This document shows positions 17,085 to 25,812 of a stretch of 64,000 nucleotides of DNA, in pieces. The stretch is taken from sequence record NC_048047.1, one strand, 5' to 3'. The notes under the pieces are model-generated. The model was not told the DNA's origin. It was given only the letters and a program-made list of their open reading frames with translations, and ran no database searches. A program made the position numbers and the translations under genes. The stretch's first letter is position 1, and each line of letters begins with the position of its first letter.

Positions 17085-17936
17085 ATGACGACGTTCGAAA
17101 TCGTTGATCGCGAGCACACGTCCGGCTCCCAGGGTGGCACGGACTACGGGTCCAAGGCCTTGACGGTCCTGGCGCGCTCGCCCAAGGCCGTTCTGCTGTG
17201 GATGCCGGGTCACTCCTACTTCGGCGGGATCGGGATGCGCAATTACGCTTCTGCCTACATGCTACTGGTCAAGGAGCGGCGTCTGGGCGGCTGGAAGACT
17301 GGAGACAAGGAAGACTTCCGGCACAACCAGGACGCACCCGCGACGCGGCTGTCGCCGGCTTTGGTCATGGAACGCGCTGAGCGAATCAATCAGTTCTTCG
17401 AGGCCGATGTCGCCACGCAGATCGCCCAGGCGGTCAAGACGCGCCAGACGCTGTTGATCGATGGCGGCGGCGAGGCGCTGCGCAAGGATTACAACACCGA
17501 GCGCAAGAAGGCCCAGGCGCATGTGCAGAAGATTGCCGCCCAGGCCAGCGTGGCGCGTTCGATCGAACCGGAAGGCGTGGCCTGCTGTCGCCAGTGCGGC
17601 GTGAAGCTTACGCCCAGTCGCCATAAGCATTGGGTCGAGGACGGTGATGTGCAGCCCACCTCGCTCGAAGACCTCCAGCGCCGCTTCAACGATCTACGCG
17701 TCCTGGCGGTTGGACCGCACAACACCGTCGACAAGGCCCATCTGATCGGAACCTATACGACGTGGGATGGCGTGTCCTACGACAATGGTCCGTATTTCTG
17801 CACCGAGGGCTGCGCGGAGAACTATGCCGTCCGCGCCGTCGAAGCGTATGCGCCGCTCCCGATCATCCCCCAGCCCACGGCGGAGGAACTGGCGGCCCAG
17901 GAACGCGCCAAGCGGGACGCTGTCTGGGGTCTGTGA
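17085..17936 (+). CDS. Hypothetical protein with C-terminal Zn-finger-like domain
   Basis: CCRQC ... WDGVSY ... FCTEGCA; GGAG RBS. Confidence 0.75.
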   Translation: MTTFEIVDREHTSGSQGGTDYGSKALTVLARSPKAVLLWMPGHSYFGGIGMRNYASAYMLLVKERRLGGWKTGDKEDFRHNQDAPATRLSPALVMERAERINQFFEADVATQIAQAVKTRQTLLIDGGGEALRKDYNTERKKAQAHVQKIAAQASVARSIEPEGVACCRQCGVKLTPSRHKHWVEDGDVQPTSLEDLQRRFNDLRVLAVGPHNTVDKAHLIGTYTTWDGVSYDNGPYFCTEGCAENYAVRAVEAYAPLPIIPQPTAEELAAQERAKRDAVWGL

Positions 17937-17950
17937 GAAACCTGTTGACT
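17933..17950 (+). promoter_or_regulatory. Class I promoter (GTGAGAAACCTGTTGACT)
   Basis: Repeat motif, N16, CCTATGT; weak class II box at 17971-17988. Confidence 0.7.
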
Positions 17951-17999
17951 TGACGTGGCTGCTTGCCCTATGTCACGTTCAGCATCACAGGAGACCCGC

Positions 18000-18371
18000 T
18001 TGACCGACCAGCCGAAGACCACGGAACGCCACCTCGCTCCCAAGCAGATGCAGCACTGGGCGCGCCGTCACGGTCTCGTGCCGATCATGTATCGCAAAGG
18101 TGGTTGGCGGGAATATCCCCTCTTCAAGTCCGCAAAGCCAAAGTTCATCGCCGGCTGCCGCGACCAGAAGCGCTTCGTCCGTGTCCTTCCCCATCTGGAT
18201 CGGATGGAAATCTGCGACGGCTACATGGACCGTTGGGCCAATTCGCACGGCGCCGAAGTAGTCATGCCCAAGACCATGGCGCAGTTCGACGTGGCGATCG
18301 AAACCCTCCTGAAGGAGGCCGCGCCTAGGGTCCGTGACACCCATCCCGTCGAGGAGAACGCCAATGGCTAG
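18000..18371 (+). CDS. Hypothetical protein
   Basis: TTG 18000 after GGAG. Confidence 0.7.
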   Translation: MTDQPKTTERHLAPKQMQHWARRHGLVPIMYRKGGWREYPLFKSAKPKFIAGCRDQKRFVRVLPHLDRMEICDGYMDRWANSHGAEVVMPKTMAQFDVAIETLLKEAAPRVRDTHPVEENANG

Positions 18372-18765
18372 CGCCGCCGCGATCGAAGGCATCAGCGTCT
18401 ATGGCCTAAAGTGGCGTTGGGTCTGCTCCATCGGCCTGCGCAACAACGCCGCTCGGTTGGTCGCCATGATCGACCATATCGAAAACCCGGTCCAGGCCGA
18501 GGTTCTTCATCCGATGTGGTTCGACGACATCGTTGAACCCGTGCGCGTCTATGTCGAAAAGATCGAGGCCAAAGGCGTCCGCGACGACCACGAGCGCGCC
18601 CTGGTCACGGCGCTCAACGACTGGGTCTATGAGGCCAAGACCGTCCTGGTCTCCGACATCGACACGGTCTACGACGGCGACCCCGACGCCTGGATCGAGT
18701 CCCGGATCGAGGACCTGCACGAACTCTACGACGTCTTCGACTACTACCGCGTGTGCTGCTACTGA
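18364..18765 (+). CDS. Hypothetical protein
   Basis: ATG 18364 after GGAG. Confidence 0.7.
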   Translation: MASAAAIEGISVYGLKWRWVCSIGLRNNAARLVAMIDHIENPVQAEVLHPMWFDDIVEPVRVYVEKIEAKGVRDDHERALVTALNDWVYEAKTVLVSDIDTVYDGDPDAWIESRIEDLHELYDVFDYYRVCCY

Positions 18766-18974
18766 TGTCCCGAACCAGTTCGACAGGACCGCGCTACTGG
18801 ATCGAGGACGATGGGCGGGTCATGATGATCGAAGACGGGGTTTCCTCGCATCTCACGACCCTTGACAAGGGTGAGTTGACCAAGCTCCGCAGTAACGGTT
18901 GGCGGATCGGTTCTTCCGCGCGCCGCTACGCTTATAATCCGGCCGCAATCGTGCGTGGAGCCTTCAACCGATGA
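18765..18974 (+). CDS. Small hypothetical protein
   Basis: TGATG coupling. Confidence 0.65.
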   Translation: MSRTSSTGPRYWIEDDGRVMMIEDGVSSHLTTLDKGELTKLRSNGWRIGSSARRYAYNPAAIVRGAFNR

Positions 18975-19243
18975 GCGTCGATCTCCTGGTTCTCGACGAA
19001 CATTACGATGTCGTCGTCAGCCATGACACGGTCTGGGTCAACGACGCCGTCGGCATGTGCATTGGCCGCTTCGGGCCGCGCGGCATCGACGTCCATGCCA
19101 CGGCCCAGGACCAGCTAGAGGGCGCGCACTGCTTGGCCTGCGCCAAGCGCACCGCCGACGTCGATCAGGACTGGTCGTTCTTCGTCGACAACATGCTCAC
19201 CCATCACCGCATCAAGCTCACCGACAAGGACCGCCCACGATGA
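18971..19243 (+). CDS. Hypothetical protein
   Basis: ATGA coupling. Confidence 0.7.
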   Translation: MSVDLLVLDEHYDVVVSHDTVWVNDAVGMCIGRFGPRGIDVHATAQDQLEGAHCLACAKRTADVDQDWSFFVDNMLTHHRIKLTDKDRPR

Positions 19244-19614
19244 CCCTGCACAAGAACATCGCCGACGCGGTCGGCGCCAATGTCTCGCAACTCATGCTGC
19301 GCACCGAATTCGAGAGCGCGGCCAACGACATTCTGGCGCTGCTGGGGCCGCATGCCGAACTCGCCTGGGCCATCCATGCCGTCGAGCAGACCCTGCCCGG
19401 CTGGGGCTGGCTGACTCGGGCCGACGCGGAGCAAGGCTACTTCGCCAACATCATGACCCCCGACTTCGCGGGCGGCGTGGCGCTCGTCGACGGCTTCGTC
19501 CTGGACTTCAGCGTGGGGGAACGGTTCATGGCCTATGCCAAAACCCCTGGTGAGGCCCTTCTGAACTCCCTGGGACAGGTCACCGCTCGATTGAAGAAGA
19601 CCGCCGATGCCTAG
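19240..19614 (+). CDS. Hypothetical protein
   Basis: ATGA coupling at 19240. Confidence 0.7.
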   Translation: MTLHKNIADAVGANVSQLMLRTEFESAANDILALLGPHAELAWAIHAVEQTLPGWGWLTRADAEQGYFANIMTPDFAGGVALVDGFVLDFSVGERFMAYAKTPGEALLNSLGQVTARLKKTADA

Positions 19615-20791
19615 CCGTATCCTGATCCCCTCCGACCTGCTGCGTCTGCGTCAGGGCTTCCAGAGCATCGACCGCGACGTCCGCTTCGTCGGCGGCTGCG
19701 TGCGCGACACCTTGTTCGGCCTCGTGCCCAAGGACATTGATCTCTGCACCGACGCCTCGATCAACGAGATGATCCTGATCGCCAGCCGTCTGGGGATCAC
19801 CGTGATCCCCACCGGTGCCGAGCACGGCACCCTGACGTTCAAGCTCGACAGCGGCCTCTACGAGATCACCTGCCTGCGTGAGGAGACCAAGCACGACGGC
19901 CGCCGCGCCGAGTGCCGCTTTGGTCGGGATTGGGACAAGGACCTCTCGCGCCGCGACCTTACCATCAATGCCATGGCCATGGACTTCGACGGCGTGATCT
20001 ACGACCCGTTCGGCGGCCAGAAGGACCTGGAGCACGGCATCGTTCGCTTCGTGGGCGAGGCCGCCGATCGGATGCGGGAGGACTACCTGCGCATCCTGCG
20101 GTGGCTGCGCTTCCACGGACGCTATCGCGGCGCGCCAATCGACTTCCACGCCATGCTCGCCGCCCAGGACGTTCGCGAGGGACTTTCGAAGCGGGACGTC
20201 GATGGATCGTTCCTGATCTCGCGTGAGCGGGTCTGGGCCGAGATGGCCAAAATCTTCGCCGGCCCCAGCGTCGGCTACATCCTTCACTACCTCGTCTACA
20301 TGCGCCTGGACGAGCACATCGACATGAAGGGTCCCTATAACGTCAACCGCCTGGAGTGGGTGGCCAAGAAGACCGACGACTACATCGTCCGCCTTGTGGC
20401 GTTCATGACGTCCGTGGCCCAGGTCGAGGCGCTGGCCGAGGCCTGGAAGTGGAGCGTTGACGAGCGCAAACGCGCCGTTTTCCTGGCCAAGGAGGCCTAT
20501 GGACGTCGTACGCGCCTGGACTGGTTGGTGCTGATGGGTATGGCGTCCAAGGAATGGGCCGAGGACATCGCCCTCATCCGCGAGGACGAGGAGACCTTTG
20601 AGACCCTGCGTGCCTGGAATCCGCCCAGCTTCCCGCTGCGTGGCCAGGATTTGCTGGACATAGGCTTCACGCCGGGTCCCGCGATCGGCTACCATCTGGA
20701 TGAACTTCGGGTCGCCTGGGCGCATGCCGACGGCCTCCTCACCAAAGAGCAACTTCTTCAAGGCGTCACGCCGGAGACCAATTATGGCTGA
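19607..20791 (+). CDS. cca: Class II tRNA nucleotidyltransferase (CCA-adding enzyme / poly(A) polymerase family)
   Basis: VGGCVRD...DID, RRDLTINAMA, DPFGG..DL, EDYLRILR.LRF. Confidence 0.9.
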   Translation: MPSRILIPSDLLRLRQGFQSIDRDVRFVGGCVRDTLFGLVPKDIDLCTDASINEMILIASRLGITVIPTGAEHGTLTFKLDSGLYEITCLREETKHDGRRAECRFGRDWDKDLSRRDLTINAMAMDFDGVIYDPFGGQKDLEHGIVRFVGEAADRMREDYLRILRWLRFHGRYRGAPIDFHAMLAAQDVREGLSKRDVDGSFLISRERVWAEMAKIFAGPSVGYILHYLVYMRLDEHIDMKGPYNVNRLEWVAKKTDDYIVRLVAFMTSVAQVEALAEAWKWSVDERKRAVFLAKEAYGRRTRLDWLVLMGMASKEWAEDIALIREDEETFETLRAWNPPSFPLRGQDLLDIGFTPGPAIGYHLDELRVAWAHADGLLTKEQLLQGVTPETNYG

Positions 20792-21110
20792 TCTGAGTCC
20801 CATCCTGATCCAGGAAATCACCCGGATCATCAACACCAAGTCGCCGCTGGCGGACAAGCCTCAAGGCGTCAGCGGGGTGTCCTATGTCGGCGGCACCCTG
20901 CCCGACCGCATCACCCACATCATCGCCTTCCATGTGGAGGGCTGGGGGCTACATCGTTGGGCCTCGTTCGCCTATGTGATCGCTGGCCCCGATCCGCTCA
21001 ACATGGAGGTCAGGAACATCGTCTATCGCGAGGACCTGACCATGCCCGGCGCCGATCCCTGGGACGACGAGGACCTGACCGCCCTGGCCGCCAAGCTCCT
21101 CTATGTCTGA
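20784..21110 (+). CDS. Hypothetical protein
   Basis: ATG 20784 after GGAG. Confidence 0.7.
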   Translation: MADLSPILIQEITRIINTKSPLADKPQGVSGVSYVGGTLPDRITHIIAFHVEGWGLHRWASFAYVIAGPDPLNMEVRNIVYREDLTMPGADPWDDEDLTALAAKLLYV

Positions 21111-21348
21111 GCGCGTCCTGGTCGCCGCGATCCATGGCGACCGCAACCGCTATTACGCGGAGCCCTGGTGCGACCCGTGGAAAACCTGGGCTTTCCGATG
21201 GAAGGTCTACCGCCACGATCGCCTGCCCTGTGACGGGCGCATGCGCCAGTATGTGGGCGAAGCCGCCTCACTGATGGAGGCCAGGACTGTGATCGCCCGG
21301 AACATCCGCAACATGCGACGGCGAGCGCGTCTGCGAGAAAACAGTTGA
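21103..21348 (+). CDS. Hypothetical protein
   Basis: Coupled; stop codon supplied by the promoter motif. Confidence 0.65.
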   Translation: MSERVLVAAIHGDRNRYYAEPWCDPWKTWAFRWKVYRHDRLPCDGRMRQYVGEAASLMEARTVIARNIRNMRRRARLRENS

Positions 21349-21350
21349 CA
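21333..21350 (+). promoter_or_regulatory. Class I promoter (GCGAGAAAACAGTTGACA)
   Basis: Repeat motif. Confidence 0.75.
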
Positions 21351-21400
21351 AGCGCCCGTATCCTCCCCAAGGATGCGGGCGTTTTCATTTGGAGGATCGC

Positions 21401-21658
21401 ATGACCCGCATACCGCCGCCGCTGAATGGCGAAAAGACCCATCCGCTGTCGGCCGTCGCCCTGAGCACGCTGCGGAGCATCAGCCGTTTCCCCTGCCCGA
21501 CCCAGGAGATCAATCACGGTCTGATCAACCGCTACCAGCGCGAGGGACTGATCGAACTCTACGAGGACGTCAGCCCGTACAAGACCCACAAGGGCAAGAA
21601 GATCAGCTTCGTACGCATCTCGCCGGCGGGGCAGGCCATCCTGCAAGAAACCGGTTGA
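21401..21658 (+). CDS. Small wHTH-like protein in a single-gene cassette
   Basis: GGAGG RBS; L...GLIE...VRISPAG; bracketed by two class I promoters. Confidence 0.65.
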   Translation: MTRIPPPLNGEKTHPLSAVALSTLRSISRFPCPTQEINHGLINRYQREGLIELYEDVSPYKTHKGKKISFVRISPAGQAILQETG

Positions 21659-21660
21659 CA
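21644..21660 (+). promoter_or_regulatory. Class I promoter (CAAGAAACCGGTTGACA)
   Basis: Repeat motif, N16, CCTAGAT. Confidence 0.8.
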
Positions 21661-21709
21661 TCTGATCGATAGGTGTCCTAGATATCGATCAACAGCCTCG
21701 GAGGCCCTT

Positions 21710-22141
21710 ATGCAAGTCAACGCCAGCAACCTGCGCAACGCCCTGGTCGTCCTCAAGGAGGAAGACCCCAATCTGGCCAAGCTGCTCGATCCGATCATCG
21801 ACGATCGCGTCACCCTGCGCCAGTTCGCCGACATCCTGAACACCGTCTACGAGGCCGGATACAACCGCCCGACACTGTCGTCGTTCACGGTCACCGGCTC
21901 CAAGCACATCGGCTTCCCGATGGATATGCTGCGCAAGGGCGACTGCTGGCCGGCCTCGACCGACGATGCCAACCTGATCGAGAAGCTCATCGAGCGCAAC
22001 GACGGCTACATCGCCCGGCTGCCCAAGAACGTCACGGTCCGCCTGACGACCTGCGCCAGCGAGTACGCCCAGGACAACGCCGCCCACCGCTGGGCCTCGT
22101 TCGGCTGGACCGTTTCGGCCCTGGAGCAGGACGCCGCGTGA
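21710..22141 (+). CDS. Hypothetical protein
   Basis: GGAGG RBS. Confidence 0.75.
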   Translation: MQVNASNLRNALVVLKEEDPNLAKLLDPIIDDRVTLRQFADILNTVYEAGYNRPTLSSFTVTGSKHIGFPMDMLRKGDCWPASTDDANLIEKLIERNDGYIARLPKNVTVRLTTCASEYAQDNAAHRWASFGWTVSALEQDAA

Positions 22142-22470
22142 GCCAGACCAAAAACCCTCGACGCGACAAGGTCTACGCCGTCCTCTATGACCGCCATTGC
22201 GCGCCGGCCGAGCCGGTAATGGTCTGGGTCATCTGGGAAGGCCATGGCGGTGCTGTGATCGCCGACTGGAAGGCCGAGGACAATACCACGAAGGTTCGCC
22301 TCGTGAGCCTCGAAAACCTTTACTACAAGGGCGCCTTCGAGGACGTGTTGAAGGGTTGGGCGGCGCCGTCTGTCCTGTTCAACCAATTCGTCAGGAAGAC
22401 CGAGGCCGCCAAGACCGCCCGCGAAGAACTCGACGCCGAAGTTCGTCGCCTCCTGGCGCCGGGCAAATAG
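22138..22470 (+). CDS. Hypothetical protein
   Basis: GTGA coupling. Confidence 0.7.
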   Translation: MSQTKNPRRDKVYAVLYDRHCAPAEPVMVWVIWEGHGGAVIADWKAEDNTTKVRLVSLENLYYKGAFEDVLKGWAAPSVLFNQFVRKTEAAKTAREELDAEVRRLLAPGK

Positions 22471-22482
22471 CAGGAGACCCTG

Positions 22483-22902
22483 ATGCGCAAAGCCCTGACC
22501 AAGGCCGTGACGATCGCCGGCCGTCGCTTCAACCTGATCGACATCTTCGTCAAGCGGGTGGACCTGTCGATGCTGCACGATCGTCCAACGGTCGACACGG
22601 CTGTCGGCGTACGCATCCTGGGCCTGGGCTTCAACATCCAGGCCTATCAGAGCACGCGATCCTTCACCCTGGCCCTGGGCCATTCCTGGTTGCTGGATGT
22701 TCAAATCGGCGGGACGGCGCCAGCCGTCTCGTCGCCGCTGAACACGGGGGCTCCCGATTTCAACCCGCCGGGCGTTCGGTTCTGCATGACCATCCTGGGC
22801 TCGATCACCAAGACGCGCTGGACCTGGGAGGGCTTCGAGGTCACCAATGTCCTCTACCCCGGACATGGCCGCGTGATGCGTTGGAGCCACCAGTTTGGCT
22901 GA
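22483..22902 (+). CDS. Hypothetical protein
   Basis: GGAG RBS. Confidence 0.7.
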   Translation: MRKALTKAVTIAGRRFNLIDIFVKRVDLSMLHDRPTVDTAVGVRILGLGFNIQAYQSTRSFTLALGHSWLLDVQIGGTAPAVSSPLNTGAPDFNPPGVRFCMTILGSITKTRWTWEGFEVTNVLYPGHGRVMRWSHQFG

Positions 22903-24100
22903 TCTAGACCTCTACAACGAACTATGGATTCGGACGGAACGTGAAGAGTCGTTCCGGTACATGAACGACGCTGTTCGACGCGCCCGCGCCTTTACGCTCG
23001 ATGACGACATGGCAAGCGTGCTGAGTCGATTGGCAGCATCCGCCGACGATCGGATGCTTCTGCGTTATAAGCAGGCAGCGCGGCTTCCCTATCCTGAAAT
23101 GTGGTTGGAAGCCAGCTACGAGCACGCCTTCGCGGACAACGCAGCGTCACGGCACGTATTTGGCCGCCCAACGAGGGTTGGATGGCTAATTCGTCAAGGA
23201 GACGTGAGGTATGGACCTGACGTGATCCAAGCTGTTCGGATTGCAAAAACCGATGGAGGCGGGCCTTTGTCTGGCGGCGATCAACTCGCGTCAGTCTATC
23301 CTATCAGAATGATTTGGCGCCCGGAAGGGAAGATCGAGTATCTTAATCACTCCAACTACGATGCTCACGAAGGCCCCGTTGGTCGCTATCTCCGAGAGAT
23401 TTGTGACGCTGAAAGAGACTTCAACTCCAAATCGGCTTCCATGCGTCTTTGCTGGACGCCCAACGATCCAGGCGTCGAGCGTGTCCAAGGACTGGATGCG
23501 CAGGCGCTGCTCGAACGCGCCAGCCGTGAGACGGATAAGCTGCCTTTGGCTGGCCACGCAGTCTTGACGACGGAGAATCGTACGTTATCCGGCTTATTGG
23601 AGCGTGTTGGCGCACGGAGTGTGGGTGAAGGCATCAACGAGATCATGGGCGCCGCGCTCTATGATCAAACCGGTGATCTGGGCCTGATCGTCACGGCCCT
23701 GTCCCTGATCAACGAAATTCCCGTCCGTTTCGTCGAGCACCAGCCGCGCGGGTCACTACGGGCCGGCGGTCGGATGCGCCCCTACATGCGCTCCTCCATC
23801 GTCTCGATCGAAGTCCCTGCCACCCGTCGCCGGATCAAGGACATCGAGAAGACGATCAAGCAGAAGGTCGAGGCCGCCAAACGCGCCCGCCACGAGGTGC
23901 GCGGCCATTGGATGACCGCTGACAAGCCGCCGCGCGTCGAGCAGACCCGCGAGACCAAGCGCTGGGAGACCTACTTCGATCGCGAAGGCCGTATCCGCTG
24001 GCGGACCTGGGTCGACAACCACATGCGCGGCAGCGCCGAGGTTGGCTACGTCCAGCAGGTCTATGAGGTGACCGAGAACCCGCGCCGTTCGAACTACTAG
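22895..24100 (+). CDS. Conserved hypothetical protein with C-terminal H.VRGHW motif
   Basis: 401 aa; RHEVRGHW...WV.NHMRG. Confidence 0.75.
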   Translation: MADLDLYNELWIRTEREESFRYMNDAVRRARAFTLDDDMASVLSRLAASADDRMLLRYKQAARLPYPEMWLEASYEHAFADNAASRHVFGRPTRVGWLIRQGDVRYGPDVIQAVRIAKTDGGGPLSGGDQLASVYPIRMIWRPEGKIEYLNHSNYDAHEGPVGRYLREICDAERDFNSKSASMRLCWTPNDPGVERVQGLDAQALLERASRETDKLPLAGHAVLTTENRTLSGLLERVGARSVGEGINEIMGAALYDQTGDLGLIVTALSLINEIPVRFVEHQPRGSLRAGGRMRPYMRSSIVSIEVPATRRRIKDIEKTIKQKVEAAKRARHEVRGHWMTADKPPRVEQTRETKRWETYFDREGRIRWRTWVDNHMRGSAEVGYVQQVYEVTENPRRSNY

Positions 24101-24113
24101 AAAACGGTTGACA
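24097..24113 (+). promoter_or_regulatory. Class I promoter (CTAGAAAACGGTTGACA)
   Basis: Repeat motif, N16, CTAAGA. Confidence 0.8.
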
Positions 24114-24165
24114 CAGTTTGCAGGCGCCTCTAAGAGGGAGCAACTGAACCAGGAAAGGATTCGCT

Positions 24166-24699
24166 TTGACCGACGAGACCGAGACCGAAACCGAGCACGC
24201 CCTGTACTACGCCCTTGTCGCCGGCGCGGCCGAGTATGACGGGCTTCCGGCTGTGCTCCTGGCGGTCTGGGCCGAGAACGACAAGACCGTCACCGGCCGC
24301 GTCGTCGAGCAAATCTACACCTACAACAACAACATCACTCACGTGACCAAGCCCGACCAGAAGTTCGCCTTCATGGGCGGACGGCAGGGCACCGGCCTCT
24401 ATCGGGCCTCGAAGAACAAGCTGCTGGCCACCTTCGCCGATAAGGCGACGGCCGAGGATGCGACCTTCAAGGCCAAGACCATCGCCTCGGTCCAGGTCGA
24501 CGAATTTGGCGAGAGCGCCAAAATCAAGGACATCCTCCACCGCGCCGGCGAACTGGAGCAGCAGGCCCGGAAGCTGCGCGAGGAAGTAAGGCCGCTCCGT
24601 GCCGCCGCCTGGAAAGAACGCTTCCAGCAAGTCCTCGGGACGCTGCGCGACGCGGGCGCCTCTCATGTCTGGGCGCCGCCTGAGGACGTCACGGCATGA
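24166..24699 (+). CDS. Hypothetical protein
   Basis: TTG after AGGA. Confidence 0.75.
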   Translation: MTDETETETEHALYYALVAGAAEYDGLPAVLLAVWAENDKTVTGRVVEQIYTYNNNITHVTKPDQKFAFMGGRQGTGLYRASKNKLLATFADKATAEDATFKAKTIASVQVDEFGESAKIKDILHRAGELEQQARKLREEVRPLRAAAWKERFQQVLGTLRDAGASHVWAPPEDVTA

Positions 24700-24887
24700 C
24701 GCTCCTCGACGCCTGGATCATCGGCCTCGTGCCGTCGGTGCTGATCATCCTCTACTGGAATACCTACGAACTACGTGGGTGGAACATCCCCTACGTCATC
24801 ATCGGAGCGTTCATCGCCGGCGGCCTTTGGCCGATCTTCTGGCCCTGGCACCTGATCATGACCGCCAAGCAAGACCAAGAAAGCTGA
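24696..24887 (+). CDS. Small membrane protein
   Basis: Two TM segments; ATGA coupling. Confidence 0.7.
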   Translation: MTLLDAWIIGLVPSVLIILYWNTYELRGWNIPYVIIGAFIAGGLWPIFWPWHLIMTAKQDQES

Positions 24888-24889
24888 AC

Positions 24890-25525
24890 ATGAACCAACC
24901 CATCAAGCATCTCATCCTCCACAGCGTCGAAGACGCCGGTATCCAGGGCATGGTCCGCGCCGTGCTCGGCCCGGACTTCTCCTCGATCCTGGTTCCCGCC
25001 GAGATGATCCACGAGGAGTGGGACAACCCCGAACCCGTCGCCGTCCTGCTCCAGCCGGTCTACAACGAAGAGACCGGCCGCCTGGGCGTTGTCCTGGGCC
25101 GCCGCGCGGTCGCGCCGAAGATCGGCGAATGGGCGATCCCCGGAGGCTTCATGGAGCGTGGCGAGACGCCCGAAGAAGGTGCGGTGCGCGAGACCCAGCA
25201 GGAGTGGGGCATCGCTGGCCTCTATGGCCACACCGCGCGCATCTGGAAGGTCTATCCCTCGACGGGCGCAAAGCCGCGTCTGCTGATCTTCTGCGTCAAC
25301 GGCCACACCCTGAAGGCCTCGGAAGTTCGCGAAATCCTCGGCGCCAGCAAAGGCGACGGCGAGATGAGCGAGTTCCAGGTCTTCTACGACCCGATCGAGA
25401 CGGCCTTCCCGATCCACACCACCGTCCTGGCGAAGTTCTTCGCCGAGGCCGGCGTGGGCGCCAAGGAGTTCCCGATGAGCGGCTACGGGCTGATCGCCTC
25501 CCGCAGCCATCCCCCGCAACGCTAG
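24890..25525 (+). CDS. Nudix hydrolase
   Basis: ATG 24890; WAIPGG FMERGE TPEEGAV RETQQEWGI Nudix box (EE->QE). Confidence 0.85.
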   Translation: MNQPIKHLILHSVEDAGIQGMVRAVLGPDFSSILVPAEMIHEEWDNPEPVAVLLQPVYNEETGRLGVVLGRRAVAPKIGEWAIPGGFMERGETPEEGAVRETQQEWGIAGLYGHTARIWKVYPSTGAKPRLLIFCVNGHTLKASEVREILGASKGDGEMSEFQVFYDPIETAFPIHTTVLAKFFAEAGVGAKEFPMSGYGLIASRSHPPQR

Positions 25526-25535
25526 GAGACTGGCC

Positions 25536-25703
25536 ATGCCTGCTACCCGCCTGCGTGACCCCAAGTCGGTGGCCAAGATCATCAAGACCTTCGATGAGAC
25601 CAAGAGCCTCGACAAGACCGCCAAGAAGATGAAGGCCTCGGTCTCGGGTATCCGCGCCGTGCTTCGCGTGCATGCGCCGCACCTGCTCGAACCGGGAGCC
25701 TGA
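25536..25703 (+). CDS. Small helix-turn-helix protein (55 aa)
   Basis: Own translation MPATRLRDPKSVAKIIKTFDETKSLDKTAKKMKASVSGIRAVLRVHAPHLLEPGA; GGAG RBS; not in the ORF track. Confidence 0.65.
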   Translation: MPATRLRDPKSVAKIIKTFDETKSLDKTAKKMKASVSGIRAVLRVHAPHLLEPGA

Positions 25704-25707
25704 CAAA

Positions 25708-25735
25708 CCGCCTAGGGCGTCTGCGCCCTAGGCGG
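25708..25735. terminator. Perfect 12-bp stem-loop, likely terminator
   Basis: CCGCCTAGGGCG-TCTG-CGCCCTAGGCGG between an operon end and the next promoter; weak U-tract. Confidence 0.6.
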
Positions 25736-25740
25736 AAATT

Positions 25741-25760
25741 CTACAAGAAAGCTGTTGACA
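25741..25760 (+). promoter_or_regulatory. Class I promoter (CTACAAGAAAGCTGTTGACA)
   Basis: Repeat motif, N16, CCTATGT. Confidence 0.8.
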
Positions 25761-25812
25761 GCCTTTCCTCGCGTAGCCTATGTTGCGTCCATAGCCGCTT
25801 GAGGAGAGCCCC

